Positions 1 through 13,398 of a stretch of DNA of 64,000 nucleotides are shown piece after piece (within the stretch, counting starts at the first letter, position 1; the number at the start of each line of letters is the position of its first letter). The stretch covers positions 12,918,101 through 12,982,100 of the forward strand of contig NC_092677.1 of NCBI RefSeq assembly GCF_964355755.1. The letters run 5' to 3'. The stretch comes from Antedon mediterranea. Its lineage: Eukaryota; Animalia; Echinodermata. Below the pieces are notes generated by a model. The model saw only the letters and a list, made by a program, of their open reading frames with translations, had not been told where the DNA came from and ran no database searches. A program made the translations under genes and the position numbers.

Positions 1-328
1 ATTTATGATCATGATGAGTTTAAAAAAATATCAGAATCACAAAATACAGAGAACTTACTATAGGAATCGCACAGGCGCTTGAGTAAACCTCTGTAAGTTC
101 AGTAATACAACCAAAAAGAGGATTAAAAGTCTTGCTTATAAGGCCTCAAATCTGTGTAGTAAAAGACCTAATCATAATGACATTGTTATTTTTCTTTGCT
201 TATTCTTTTAATCATACTCATTGCATCATTCAATAACATTATTTTATTTGTGAACCATCTATCAAAAAATAAATTTAAGGAAGGAAGATGTCGTCTTATA
301 AAAACGCAACTTAATTATTTCCTTCTAG

Positions 329-3282
329 GTCATCATGCAAGTACGATAACCAGCTGTAAGTTCTCTCCAAACGATGACAGAGTAGCAACAACGTCCATGG
401 ACAAATCAACTAAAATATGGGACAGAATCAACAACCAAACAACTATAACAATAGGGTTAGTGGTAGTTCTGTTTCAAACCAAATGGTGTAAGGGTCACAC
501 CTACAACAATTGTTTACACCCTGCCCACCCTATTTAATCTATCCACTAATTTTTCACTTGCGTGATGCACCACAAACTGAAAGTATTTGATAATTGGCAA
601 CTTTCGGACTTGTGTCCCCTTAATAGAGGTGTCCCAAAGGAGGGATACGCTGTACATTAGAACCCTATTAAAGAGACACCTTCGGGACTTACTAGTCTGT
701 CTGTGTCTCCTAAGTAAGGGCGTCCCAAAGGAGGAGGTTCTACTGTATGTGAAAGTGATCATACGTTTTGCTATATCATTGCTAGGTTCCGATAGGTTAA
801 GCATTGCTATCAAGGCTTTTACAGTTTCTGGCCGTTGAAAACCTCCATTCCAATATCACCTTCAACATAACCGTTATGTTATCTGCTTTCATTCTTTCTA
901 TTAGGAATCATACAAACATTGTATCTTGTTGTTGCTTTACAAACAATGAACGACGGATATGCACTGGATCGTGGGATAAACAGCTCCATGTGTGGGATAT
1001 ATCAACCGGAATATTCCGTAGCAAAGGACCAACAACTTTCACCAATGGACATGAGGGATCCATTAGCTCTTGCTGTTTCAGTAAAGATGGTTAGTTTCAT
1101 ATCATTTTAAAATACATGCAATTTTGTAGTACAACAATTTTTTGTTGTTTTTTATTTGGAGGTTTGTATTTTTCATGGTTTTCACAAGCGCCTTGTGCAG
1201 TTTGTGGAAATGCGTGCTTCCTTAATCATTATTATCTTTATCTTATCATTATATAATCAGTGTATTTTACAATAATAGTGTTAAATGTTGTGCTGAAAAT
1301 TTTGGTGAGTTGGAGGCCTAGCACTATTGAATACAGTTACAATTGTTGAGCGTGTATACCTGTAGGTGTTTAATTCCTAGTATCAGTGAGGACATTGTTT
1401 TCATATTTCAGGTACAATACTCGTTTCTGGTTCCTACGATCAGACTGTAGTGGTTTGGGATGCTGATAACTGTGGACAAAAAATAACCCTAAAAGTAAGA
1501 GTTGAATTGAATTGAAAAACGTTATACTGGGCGACCTCTTCAGTCAAAGACTGGTCTCACAGAGGGCCCAGCTATTATCAGTGGCTGTGATGTACTAGTA
1601 CATTGGGGTAACCCCCTACTCGTCTCGAAAGATGTACTAGGTTCTTTAAAGTGCACATGAGCTAGATGTGTACACTGGACCTATGGTTTATAGTCCTTAT
1701 CCAAGAACACTTGTTCTACCACCAGAACCATAGAGCAAGTGAGTGATCCACAAACCCTTGCCGATATTATGCCTAATTAATTGCTGTCTTAACCGCTAGG
1801 CCACTCACTCACCAAGTGAATGTTTCTTTATGAGAACTGAGTGGTTAAGGCATGAAAAAATGTAAAATTACAAATATACAATAGTAATGTGACTTAAAAG
1901 ATACTAAGTTGCTAGTGTTCGATAGGGACTATGAAGAATATTTCATTGGGCACAGTTAAAAAAATGTAGAACAGCTTTCAAAGAATAATTTCTCTTTCTA
2001 TTCCCTGTTATATTGACTTAATCTGATTTCAAGAGAAAGAAAGTTATAAACATGTTATATGCTATAATGATTATTTACCATTATATTTATCTAAAAACCA
2101 AACTCTTTATGAGATCATTTTTGATATAATTTATGAATATGATAATAGGGTTATTTATTTATCACCCAGGTTTTAATAACATATAAAAGTAGAGGAATTT
2201 TAGGAACAAGTTTGTAGACAATTTTGAGCTTATGTTGTTTGGTGCCTCCTATTGTCAACACTTATTTCAATAAAAGTTTTTTATCAATAGAGGGCAGAAG
2301 TCAAAAATCATTTCTATGTAATTACTGTACTTGTTACCATATATAATTTTTAAATTTTTATTCTGATACCAGGTATATATAGTCACAATTTTGAGTAATT
2401 TTTTTTCAATTTAGGGTCATACAGATTGGGTAACTGATGTTGATTTTAGTCAAGACCAGAACTGGATTCTGTCTTGTTCCAGAGACAAGACAATCAGACT
2501 GTGGAATATCTCCAATAGTGATAACATTCCTGTGGTGCTGGAAAAAAAACGAAGTATGGGATTGCAAATAATAAAGGTAGATACAATAAATTTGCCTCTG
2601 TAATACTTTACTCATAAATAAAAAAAAAACCACACACATACAGTAATGCTGTTTTGTTTTGTTCATGAAAGCCCCAGTAGTCCAAAGCTCTATCTACACT
2701 ATCAAAGTTTGTGTGACAAAAAAAATGTGATGTGCCCGTTATATGGGCACACTGTTTTGTGTATTTTAAGGGGGGATGTGGATAGAGATGCTTGTCACCT
2801 GTTCATCCCGTTCTCTTTGCTGCCTTTTTGTTATAATGTTATGTGCAGTTTAATAAATAAAATGATGATGTCATGTCACTACCATATTTGGGCATATCAC
2901 TACCATTATTTGGGTACATAACACTTTTTTGTCAACGTAGTTTGACAGTGTAGACAGGGCTTACCGGAAGGATTGTCTGCATTTTGGTTGAACCTTCTTT
3001 TTCTCATCAAATAAAAAATGTATTTACAGCTTATTTTGTCATTAACAAATGACATTTTTTGTATGACAAAAATGCATGTTACATGATTTGAACCATGTGA
3101 CTTTCCACTGTCATCACTCACCATGTTATTCATTTCAGTGCCAGCTTTGTGGAAAGCCTTTCTCCATTTCACAACTTGATACCGTCGGCCAAGTCGACAC
3201 GTGTGTGTTCTGTCGCATGCAAGCTGGGCGTAAAATAATCGCAATAGAAAATGAAATGTGGACTGAACCTGAAGGTGAATAA
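329..3282 (+). CDS. WDR88: WD repeat-containing protein 88-like, 3' part (5' exons lie upstream of the window)
   Basis: Frame-consistent GT-AG exons 329-455, 905-1089, 1412-1494, 2415-2576, 3139-3282. They encode GH...WD repeats (GHHASTITSCKFS..KIWD, GHEGSISSCCFS, GHTDWVTDVDFS..RLWN) then NIPVVLEKK..CQLCGKPFSI..CVFCR, matching my recollection of the WDR88 C-terminal Cys motif. Confidence 0.85.
608..745. mobile_element. Tc1/mariner (Tigger/pogo-like) MITE fragments
   Basis: Ends GGAGGTTCTACTG|TA, the reverse complement of a CAGTAGAACC-type TIR. Internal GTCCCAAAGGAGG repeats are shared with the element at 30093. Confidence 0.5.
1513..1813 (-). mobile_element. tRNA-derived SINE with Deu/Nin-like core
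   Basis: Minus strand begins GGTGAGTGAGTGGCCTAGCGGTT (A-box TGGCNNAGCGG). Core GGATAAGGACTATAAACC..GTGCACTTTAAAGAACC..GAGTAGGGGGTTACCCC. Homologous copies at 17278 and 19276. Confidence 0.75.
2686..2961. mobile_element. PIF/Harbinger-type MITE family A (copy with an internal insertion)
   Basis: TIR AGCTCTATCTACACTATCAAA ... TTTGACAGTGTAGACAGGGCT; internal CACTACCATATTTGGGC motifs. Confidence 0.75.
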
Positions 3283-4432
3283 AGCAAAAGACACAGAGGG
3301 GGAAATATAGAAAAACAGATTAAGTGGAGAAAATAAACAGGATCTTCCGTATATTCTAATTCTGTCATTGTTACTGTGATCATCCGTCAATGAATGAAAT
3401 ATTAAATGTAACTGTATCTTTTTTTATATTGTAAATAATAAAATTGTAAATTATAAAAGTTTTAGTAATCTTCTTGAAACATTTGGTAGTCAATGACTTG
3501 CTTTTGACTTGAATTTTTTCTCTTTGATGGGTTTGTCCCACTTTTATTTTTATGCATATTTTATTTTTATGCATAAAATGTATCAATAAAATAGGGTTAG
3601 TACTCTACCAGTGTCTACTAATATTGTTATATTCTCAGTATCTTCATTTTCTCATTTAGAATTTTTAATTCTTGCAAACCTACTTAAAAATTGATGTTGA
3701 TTTCAGTTTTATTCTTTGTTTTAAAAATCTTTCTATACACTTTCGTGCTGTTGACATTAGTAAAAGAAAAGTTTTTGAAAAATCTGTAAAATACTAAGAA
3801 AATTGTTATTTATTTGAGCACATTTTTCATCAGTTTCAGTTGTGGTGATGACAATAAAGACATGTCATTTATGGCGATAGTATTTATGATCTGATAATGA
3901 TGTCATGATTATATTGAATATTACTACCAACATATAAAACATAAATTCTGTTTTCAGGATAATAATAATAATAATAATAATTTATTTGGAGATTACACTT
4001 TTACAACAGTGGCACTCGACCAAATGAAGGTGCATCCAAGAGAAATATACAATAAAAAAAAAACATGATATAGAAAATAACAATTACAATAAAAAGTCGA
4101 CGTATATGTTTTATAAAAGGAAGAAGGTTAGGAGTGATTTTGGGACCTAATAATAAGAGCATTTATAATGCGCCATATATCCAATCAATGATTGCTGATA
4201 TAGGCGCAGTACATACATGTATAAAAACATTATAAGAATTTAAACAACTTCAGAAAGAAAGTAAAAATACCATAAAGGTCTACGACAATTATCTAATGAT
4301 ACTAAATTAATTAAAACTGTTAAAAAAATAATGATTGTACTGTAATATGTAGTGCAGTCTTAATTCACCAGGAAAAATGCTTATTCATTTCTGAAGAGGA
4401 GTTTTGATAAAACGAATTGCCAACAAATGTTA

Positions 4433-4574
4433 AGCTCTGTCTACACTATCAAACTAGTTAGATGTGATGTGCCCAGATATGGTAGTGATATGGTCAAATA
4501 TGATATGACATCATCATGTCCATATATGGGAACATCACATTTTCACATAAGGTTTTTTTAGTGTAGACAAGGCT
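4433..4574. mobile_element. Harbinger-type MITE family A
   Basis: TTA|AGCTCTGTCTACACTATCAAAC ... GTGTAGACAAGGCT|TTA. Confidence 0.8.
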
Positions 4575-5540
4575 TTATAAATTATATATCCTAGAAATCT
4601 ACTATAACTTTCTTTACATATATTTGTTGGTTAGTTATATATTAATTATTAATTCTATTTTATTTCCACAATATAATAACATACATACAGGATAAAAAAT
4701 ACAATGAAGTAATCATGTGGGGGAGGGTCATAAAAGTCAGAAAGACTTTAAATTTGACCCACCCCAAGATAGAACATTAAATACGAATTCGAAAAAGAAA
4801 AATATATACATAAACTAATAATAAATAAAAGGAAACAAAGCTACAATTTCTTTTTAAACCATATTATATATATGGCACACATCATTTTCGAAATGTGATT
4901 GACAGTTTCTCGATTGGTATTATATTAAATAATCTTTGGTGACCAAGGCAGTAGTATGATTTATGAATGAATAGACTTACATAACAATTACACGTTGTGA
5001 TAAATTGTTGTATTGTTCAAATAGCCCTTGTTTTATTCAATCTTTTTATTAACACTAGTAGCTTGCTACAAACTATATTCTAAGGGCCCGTCTCCCGTTG
5101 AGCCGGATGAATTCTATTATTCGATGTGATACATACTCGCCATGACATTTTGATTGAAAGGTGGGTTTAGTTATCCGTGCTTACTCCCTCCTTAAAAAAT
5201 ATTCCTTTAAAACAATACTGGAATTATTTATTAACAGTTATAACATTTCCATAAAAGTAGTAGGTTTGGAGTAGGCTTATAATAATTATTAAATATATAT
5301 TATTTAAGTATGCAGTAATAATGATTATTATACAGTAATATACCTTATCGTGTATTCAGAAGAGTGAGTTAATCCCAGTAGCAGAGGGGTGGTGATAATT
5401 ACATGTAACAGCCGTCATGTCCAATTATCCATTCTTTATTATGGTAAATGAAGCGCTAAATGACCAGGCAATCAGACTATTATCATCAGTGGTCACATTA
5501 CATTGATCAAACAGGTTGTATACGAACACTCACAAACATC

Positions 5541-8500
5541 ATGGAATTTTATATATTATTTTATATCTCTGTATGTTTTCTTTACGAAGTTTATGGATAC
5601 AATATAAGTAAGTATATTCAATATTTTCTGTTTTATATCATAATGTGCTTTATTGTGTGTTAATAGTATTCATGATGTATTAATACGCTTAATAGTTTTA
5701 ACGTTACGAACGCAAAATGCGAAGAATGAGGATTTTAAGTTTTAGAAATATTGGAATTGCTACAGAGTGTATACCATAGATAAATACCCGTACTCTTTCT
5801 TGAAAATCTATATTGTTCACAGTTTTAAATTTGTGACTTGAATGTGTGTTTTTATCATCAATCTTACATATTATAAGTACTGTAATTTTTGTAAATCGGA
5901 TGTGCATACCTCTTAACTCCTGAACTGAGCAAAAATTAGCAACATTTTTACAAACTTTCAATAAGATCACCACAGTAAAAACTTATTCCTGATCGTCGTA
6001 AGTGCCTACAGTATAACGACTGTTTGGTTGCCTGTGCATTTAATGAGTTTGATAACTGTAACGATATTTAAAAAAAACACATATTATAGGTTGTTATTGT
6101 AGAGAATTCAAAGTTTTATTAGAAAAAGTCAAATAACTAAACACCGGTTGAATCTCAAGACAATTAACCAAATGCGTAGAAAAAAAGTAAATACGCAAAA
6201 GAGATATGAAGTGAACTTGGAGGGGAAGACTACATTAGTTTCCGGTATCCACCTAGGCATTTGTCATGTTAATTTCTTTTTGAAGATGACCAAATCAGTC
6301 AATCGGAAGAGTCAGTTCACACCTTGTTGTATGAGATTGATTGACATTGTCAGATCACTTGTTCGTTATAATAGACGCCTGTCAATCACAAAGGGCTTTA
6401 AGTGTGGACAGTCATTGTTGCAACTGACATTTAAGCATTTTCACGGGGTTCCATACTGATCAACCATTGTTCCACCATGGCTCAACAAGATAAACAGAAC
6501 ACACTTATATTGTAAACCTATCTATTATGCTCACTACCTTTCTTAAACACAAGGTTTGTAAATTAATATAAAAGTCAAGCACGTCTGGTGTTGAGAAGAC
6601 ATATCAATGGAGGCCATACTATAACAAAACCTACTTACTGGCATATACTAATTGCTAGGAATCGGCCTATAATTGGAATTGGAAACAAAAATTTGGTAAT
6701 TATCATCTCCACCAGTCACCGTGGATACCATTATTTACCAAAATAAATAAAAATTTAAATTGAATTGAATAATATGACATTGATTATATAAAACGAGCAA
6801 TAATATTGAAAATAAATATATAAAAGTAGTCTTCAAACCTTTTATTTAAAAATTCAAAAGGTGCAGTTACAGATAAAATGCATAGTATAATATTTAGTAT
6901 GAATAAGAAAATGTCTCTATTTTAAGTGAGTAGGCCTATTTAATTACTAATATCAATATTTAAACCATGGGTAAATTAGTACAGTTAATTAAACTAAAGA
7001 TAGATAAGTGAAGAACACGAATATGAGGTTACTATTACATAAGATGACAATTAGGCCTACGTAAGATTATAATTACATACGATTTCAATTACATAATAAG
7101 CCATTAATTAATCCCAATAGACTAGATGAGCAAAATGTTTCTGATACGGCTTTAATAATGGCAATATATGCCTAGGTTATAACCATGGACCTTTAATTTA
7201 TTATCAATATTATATAACTAATAATGACTGAATTAATACAGTGTTTAGGGCACATACTTATTATTGTTTTGAATTCACTTGATCTTGAAAATGGTTCTAT
7301 GATGGTACCGAAACGTCGATCTCTCTTTTTGTCATTAAATTTATATTGAAAGCTTAATTTAATGTCGATTAATATCATTGCAATTGTATTTTGGTATGTA
7401 CCATTTCAAATAATTATAAATGTAAAATTTATAAGAGTTTTATATCATAGTTGATTTTTGTGGGTGATGATTTTGTAAATTGTAAGCTGTATAGGCCTAA
7501 TAATAAACTGCAAAAAGACAATAGGTGTGACAAGACCGTATCATACAATGGGTCTGGAATTCAATCATTATCTATAAAATTATAAACTGTCTTTTTAATT
7601 CCATTCATTTGAATAATGACGTACATTTGAATAGGTGTTTCTTAATGTTTTATTGTTCTGCACTCTGTCGTTACGTTGTAGTAGCCTGATTCGTTCTTGT
7701 CCATTATTTGTTTTCATAATGGAATGGTTCGAATCTCTATTGTTCGTTATATAAATATTGAAACAGTAACCTGTATATGTGTGGTTGTGTGATTATACAA
7801 TGATTTTAGTATACGGAATAACGTAATACAGTAGTTACGGATATGGATTTTGTCATTCATCCAGGCAGTAGGTCTATTCAGTTTAACAAAGAGATAAATC
7901 TAATCAACTCATGATTAGATTTATCGCTTTCTTTCTAAACGTAATAATACAGTAGTTATAACAGTCGTGAATGATAAGAATGCACTGTATATAATTTCAC
8001 TAAATTAGGTCGAATGAAAAACAACATTACAGATTGATATGGGGCAATGTGCAGAAAAACATCAATTATGCATATTTGTTTTAATGATTTATTTTTGCCT
8101 AACTAAACATACATTTTATTACAGCATATGTTCAACAAGACACGGATAGCGAATGCTGGCAAAGAGTTTCACACAATGGCGGTATCATCTTCTCACACCC
8201 AGGCCACCATAGTTACGCAGAAAACACCGATTGTAAGGTAACATTAGTGGCAAAGCCAGGCCTGAAAATAGCAATACGGTTCGACAGTTTTGACATCACT
8301 GACTCTCACAATTGTTACCAGGACGAACTCTTAGTTTATGATGGCCCAGCTCTTTCAAGTTTGAGGTTAACAGGCACTATGAAAGGTCTTTGTGGACGCA
8401 CCATGCCAGAGGCGTTTAAGTACCTCGTCAGTACGGGAAATGAGATGACAATACGTTTTATTACTGGTGATGTTTTGTCGAAGAGTATTGGTTTTACTGT

Positions 8501-9762
8501 TATTTACTCTACTGTGTATCCAGATGACCAATCTGAAGGTAAATTTTCATAATAAAATATAATAATACCAAAATGAGCTTTTCTAATTTTGAAAATCTTC
8601 TCTTTTGAGAATTAGACCATCATCCAAGGTTTACTCCTCTTCTCCATTTTAACCTTAAGCACTGTTTAAACTATCAAACTTTATGTGACAACAAAATGTG
8701 ATGTGCCCATATATGGACATGATGAAGAAATATCACTACCATATTTGGGCATATCAATACCGTATCATATTTGGGCACACCACGCTTTTTTGTCAAACTA
8801 GACAGAGCTTAAAGCATTATTTTCTCTGCAAAACTTCGTTTGCGCGCCAATAATATCGTTCGATGCCATTGGTAATTCGCCTGTGCTAGCCGCTGTAGGC
8901 CTATTAAACGATTTATATTTATGATATGACATTTCGTAAATTTTAAAATTATTTTATTTCTTTAGATTGTTTCCCGTGCAGTGAAGGTGATATGTGCATT
9001 CATAAGGACCTGAAATGCGACGGTCTTCCTAATTGTAAAGATGGAAGTGATGAATTAAGACAGTCATGCTATCGTAAGTTACATATTAATACGTTTATTA
9101 TTACGTAAAAATAATTTTAATACGTTTATTGATTAGAATTAGAATTCTCACCTACAATATGTAACCCTACCAGTAATACTACTAAAACTATATACTGTAG
9201 GGCTACACTTTATTTATTTATAATATCATTACTACTAATGCGTGTGTGCGTTCACAACAGATTTACAACCATTCAAATATTGCAACTTGATTTCCCGTAA
9301 ACAGTTTGTCTTTTATTTTATTTATGTTTAGCCCCTACAACTAAAGAAACTACAATAATTGACAATGGTTGGAATTCGTGGATGGGCACAGCATTCGGTG
9401 TTGCAGTAGCATTCGGCATATTCTTCGTCGTCATCATCATTTTAATCGTCTGTATTTCTTGCGGCTGTAGCGAACCTGAAAATCGTGCAGAAGTTAGCGA
9501 CACACACAGCTACGAGTCTGCCATCGAACCGATGATCATATCGGCCAAACCTCGTAATTTATCTCCTGGGTGTAGGCTTAGTGCCTACAGTATGCACCAA
9601 CCATTAACTTCACAGTTGCCTACGTTAGGTCTAGCAGACAGACATGTTGAATTATCAAATGTATTATTACCACCAATTCGGCAACAAATGCTTTATTTAC
9701 CAGAAAGCACAATAGGATTACTTCATCAACATTGTGTTGCGCTTCCACCAGAACACGCATAA
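5541..9762 (+). CDS. Single-pass membrane protein: signal peptide, CUB, LDL-receptor class A, TM, cytoplasmic tail (LDLRAD2/CUB-LDLa-like)
   Basis: Exons 5541-5607 (MEFYILFYISVCFLYEVYG, signal-peptide-like), 8125-8538 (CUB: C..GGIIFSHP..YAENTDC..F.SFDI..CYQD.L.VYDG..LCG..STGNEMTIRF..GF), 8966-9073 (LDLa: C..CIHKDLKCDGLPNCKDGSDE..C) and 9332-9762 (TM FGVAVAFGIFFVVIIILIVCI). All introns are phase-1 GT-AG. Exon 1 is the least certain. Confidence 0.85.
8658..8809. mobile_element. Harbinger-type MITE family A
   Basis: TTA|AGCACTG..CTATCAAAC ... GACAGAGCT|TAA with the family internal motifs. Confidence 0.75.
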
Positions 9763-10064
9763 ACTTCTTATTATAATAAATGATATAAGATTAAGAACTA
9801 TTTATATTATAATATATGTTATTAAGGTCAAGACTTGATCACTAATATATTAAATATATAGTTATATAAAATATATTTTAATAAAAATAATACAATATCC
9901 ACTTTGCAATATACGGTATTATATTATGTAGTGTAGCGTAGAGTCACAGTTTTATTGTAAATGTATAATTATTTTTGATTTACTGTAAAGATAAAATAGT
10001 AATATGAGGGTGATAATATGGCTATGGAAACGATAACCAAAATAACGATACAGAGTGTCCGTTA

Positions 10065-10393
10065 AGCTTGGTTCCCACTAGCGACGCAAGGACGTAACGC
10101 AACGTAAGTGATTTGACCAATAATGGATTATTTGAACAGTGGCTTGTCATTGGTCAACCCGCTTGCGTTTCGCGTACGTTCTTGCGTTGTGTCTCTTAAG
10201 CTTGGTTCCCACTAGAACGTAACGCAAGGACGTAAACGCAACGCAAGCGTGTTAACCAATGAAAAGCGAAGTTATAGACAGTTAGCAATCACAAGCGAAT
10301 AAGCCATCGCTTGTGATTGGTCAATTCACTTGCGTTGCGTTACGTCCTTGCGTTGCGTCGCTAGTGGGAACCACGCTTAATGGGAACCACGCT
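10065..10393. mobile_element. Harbinger-type MITE family B, with a second copy (10199-10377) nested in its right TIR
   Basis: TIR AGCTTGGTTCCCACTAG / CTAGTGGGAACCACGCT occurs twice on each side; TWA flanks. Confidence 0.8.
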
Positions 10394-10950
10394 TAATTAC
10401 TGCCGTCATTGATTTCATAATTGTTTGAATCGTAATTAGGCCTAATAAATGAAATCACTGCAATAATGTTCCTAGTGATACATAATGATACAACAATTAC
10501 CAGACAATTAATGATTTGCTTAATTAGTTATTGCCTACTTGATGGTTAGGCCTAGGAAACGAAATTAATGTTTGGATACGGTGATTACGCAAGTATGCGT
10601 CCTTCAAATAATTATTCAAGTTTACGTAAAGAGTACCGCATATTAGGTAAAGAGAAAAACAACTGTAAATATATTATTAATGGAAAGTATGTTTCTTTTA
10701 TTCACACAATAAAGAAGGTGAAATACGAAACTGGTTGTTCAGTTAGTTTTATTCTATTTAAAATGTTAAAACATCAATACCACATTCATACGTCTATGAA
10801 TTAAATAAAAACCGATTACTGGTCTGGGATAACATTGATTATAATGACAAGGACACATGTCCAATATAGAAAACATTAAACCAGGGAGATGTAAAATAAT
10901 TTATTTTACATCTCCCTGATTAAACGCTGTCTGATTTCTACCATCTTTAA

Positions 10951-11102
10951 AGCTCTGTCTACACTATCAAACTTTATGTGACAAAAAAATATGATGTGCC
11001 CATATGGATATGACATCATATCACTACCATATTTGGATATATTACTACCATATTTGGGCACACTTTTTTTTGTCAAACCAGATTGATAGCGTAGAAAGAG
11101 CT
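10951..11102. mobile_element. Harbinger-type MITE family A
   Basis: TAA|AGCTCTGTCTACACTATCAAAC ... GATAGCGTAGAAAGAGCT|TTA; lies just 3' of the ANKUB1-like stop codon. Confidence 0.8.
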
Positions 11103-11145
11103 TTACATAACAAAAGGTACATTTAAATATCGGATTCAAACTCCG

Positions 11146-13398
11146 TCACCGTGTTTTTAATCTAGGATGCGCCGACTGGATTCTGACTCTACGACGCATT
11201 GGTAAATTGTCGTTTGAAAATCCACTGGCCGCAGAGTGTGGCCGCCGCGCTTTTAATCTTTCTAGTTCCAATTCCTGTTTTTTCTTCAACCAATGCTGAA
11301 AAACCTCTGTTCTATTTACATCATGTGTTGTAGGCATATTTGCCTCTTGTTTTCGAATGGTTGATTTTAGTTTAGTGTTTTTTTCTTTAACCCAGTCTTC
11401 AAACGTTTTTCCCTGTCTGTTAATTTGACAATGTTTGTACTCCTTTGCTCGTTGGTTTTCTTGTTGACGTTTCATTATTTCAGCCTTTTTCTTTTTCTTC
11501 AACCAACTCTCGAACGCCTTTTCATTTACTGACAGACATGATTCTTCTTTTGGTGATTCCTTCGTTTCTTCAACTTTGACCTCGGTAACTTGATTTAACA
11601 TTTTTCTAACTTTTCTTATTAATTGTTCATCTTTCGCATCTTGTTGCTTCAGAGATAACCACTGTTGGAATGCTTGCTCATTCTCTTCGTCCGTCGCTCG
11701 TTTCTTTCCATATTTCATTTGAAATAGATCTTTTTCAGAAATAAACTTCGGTTGTACGGCTTTACGTATTCGACTTTGCTCTTTTTCTTGCTCTACCAAA
11801 CTTAGATCACCCGTAATTCGATAGGTGGTCTTTGACAATTCACTGTCACTAAGGTCCGTTGTACTAAGTTCAGTTGAAGTCTCTTTAGCACAACTCCAGG
11901 CTTGAAAAGTTACCACTCCGCAGTCAATCCTTAAACAGGAGAAAAAAAACATACATTTTTAATAATAATCATTTTGTTTGGGTTAGAAACAAGCATAAAG
12001 AGTGGATGATGACGTTGATGATACTGACATGGTGACGTCGACTATAATGACGATATTATGAAGAAAGTAATTACAGTATATATGTATTATCTACATCTTA
12101 CTATCTTACTTTTCTAAACCAGTAAGGTTTTCAGATGGTGCCTTTTCAGTCAAACTTTGTATTTCTGTGGGTGCCGATTTAGGTATGTGCTTTACTTTAG
12201 TAATTGAATTATGTCTGACAGTATCTCCATTACCGTGCTTTATAAGGTTTCTTCCGTGTAGGCCTATGCCTACGTTTACTGTAGGGCTACATCGAGGATT
12301 GAGAAGTACCTTTGGAGACGCCTTCACAAACGCCGAACGCGGCCGTTGTCCGGGCAGTGGGTACATGGAAATCTCTTCAGGGCCTGGACTAATACATAAT
12401 CTCTGAAGCTCTATCACAGGGGTAACACTCTGTGCTAGTTTAGATCTTGGAAAATTCTTAGCAAGCGGCCAAGGTAATTGTCTCGTCACCGTTTTACTGT
12501 CCCATTTATTCTTAATATGACGAAATTGGATTAGTTTGGCTTCTACCTCCGTCTGTCCAGATCTGTCGGCTAATTCTTGGGGTGTGAATCCGTATAAATC
12601 GCGGATATCGACCGAAGCATGGTGTTGTAGAAGTAGGCGGACGCAATTCATCATACCCGTGACACTGGCGATGTGCAAAGCCGTACGTCCAGTTTTAGTC
12701 TGCGTATTAGGGTTTACGCCGTCTGATAACATTCTACAACAATAGGAAAAATATACCTTACAATAAAATATAGTTTCAGTTAAAAACCAACAAATCATTG
12801 CACCAATAAAACTAGACTATAACAACAATTATTTTATAACACATCGGAGTGTATTGCCATGATTGGTATCAGGTGCCGTTCTGCATTGATTCTATTGCAC
12901 GGTTCTATTGAATGGTTATATTACACGGTAAATATTCCATAAAAAATGATACTATTGAAGAAATACAAACCTCTCAACTAAAAAGCCAAATCCTTTTTGC
13001 GAACTAATAAACAAAGCAATGAATCTTCTACGTGCGATGATCGATTTATCGAAGTGGTGGTAGATATCATTGATTACCGATTTCGTATCCCCGGACAATG
13101 ACGCTTCTATCAACTCTTCCCAGCCGTACGGATAGGCAACTGTAATATTCATACCAGGAATGATAATACACATACGTAGTGTCTCATCGTCGTTGCACAG
13201 TAGATGTTGTCTATACCATAATTTCTGCATTTCTAAAGGAACTCCGAACGTGAACTCTATCATTGACTTTAATTCGAAGATCGTCATGTCGTATCGGACA
13301 GTCACAGGGGACGTCATTCCAGTCGGTAGACGGACAAACACGTCGAATTGTTTCTGAGGACGTCCTAGCTTTTCAGTCGCCATATCAGTTGATACCAT
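11146..13398 (-). CDS. ANKUB1-like protein: ubiquitin-like domain, ankyrin repeats, coiled-coil tail with FxxWL repeats
   Basis: Exons 13398-12971, 12733-12110, 11929-11146 (phase-2 GT-AG junctions VER|MLSD and LEK|IDC). Ubl: VFVRLPTG..TIFELKSMIEFTFGVPLEMQKLWY. Ankyrin: GRTALHIASVTG..CVRLLLQHHASVDIRDLYGFTPQELA. Confidence 0.8.

Noticed and set aside
1720-1813. tRNA gene
   Set aside because: Only A/B-box remnants forming a SINE head; no cloverleaf.
6148-6459. 103-aa ORF in the CUB gene intron, and many similar short ORFs
   Set aside because: Non-ATG start, no recognisable motif and no supporting splice signals.
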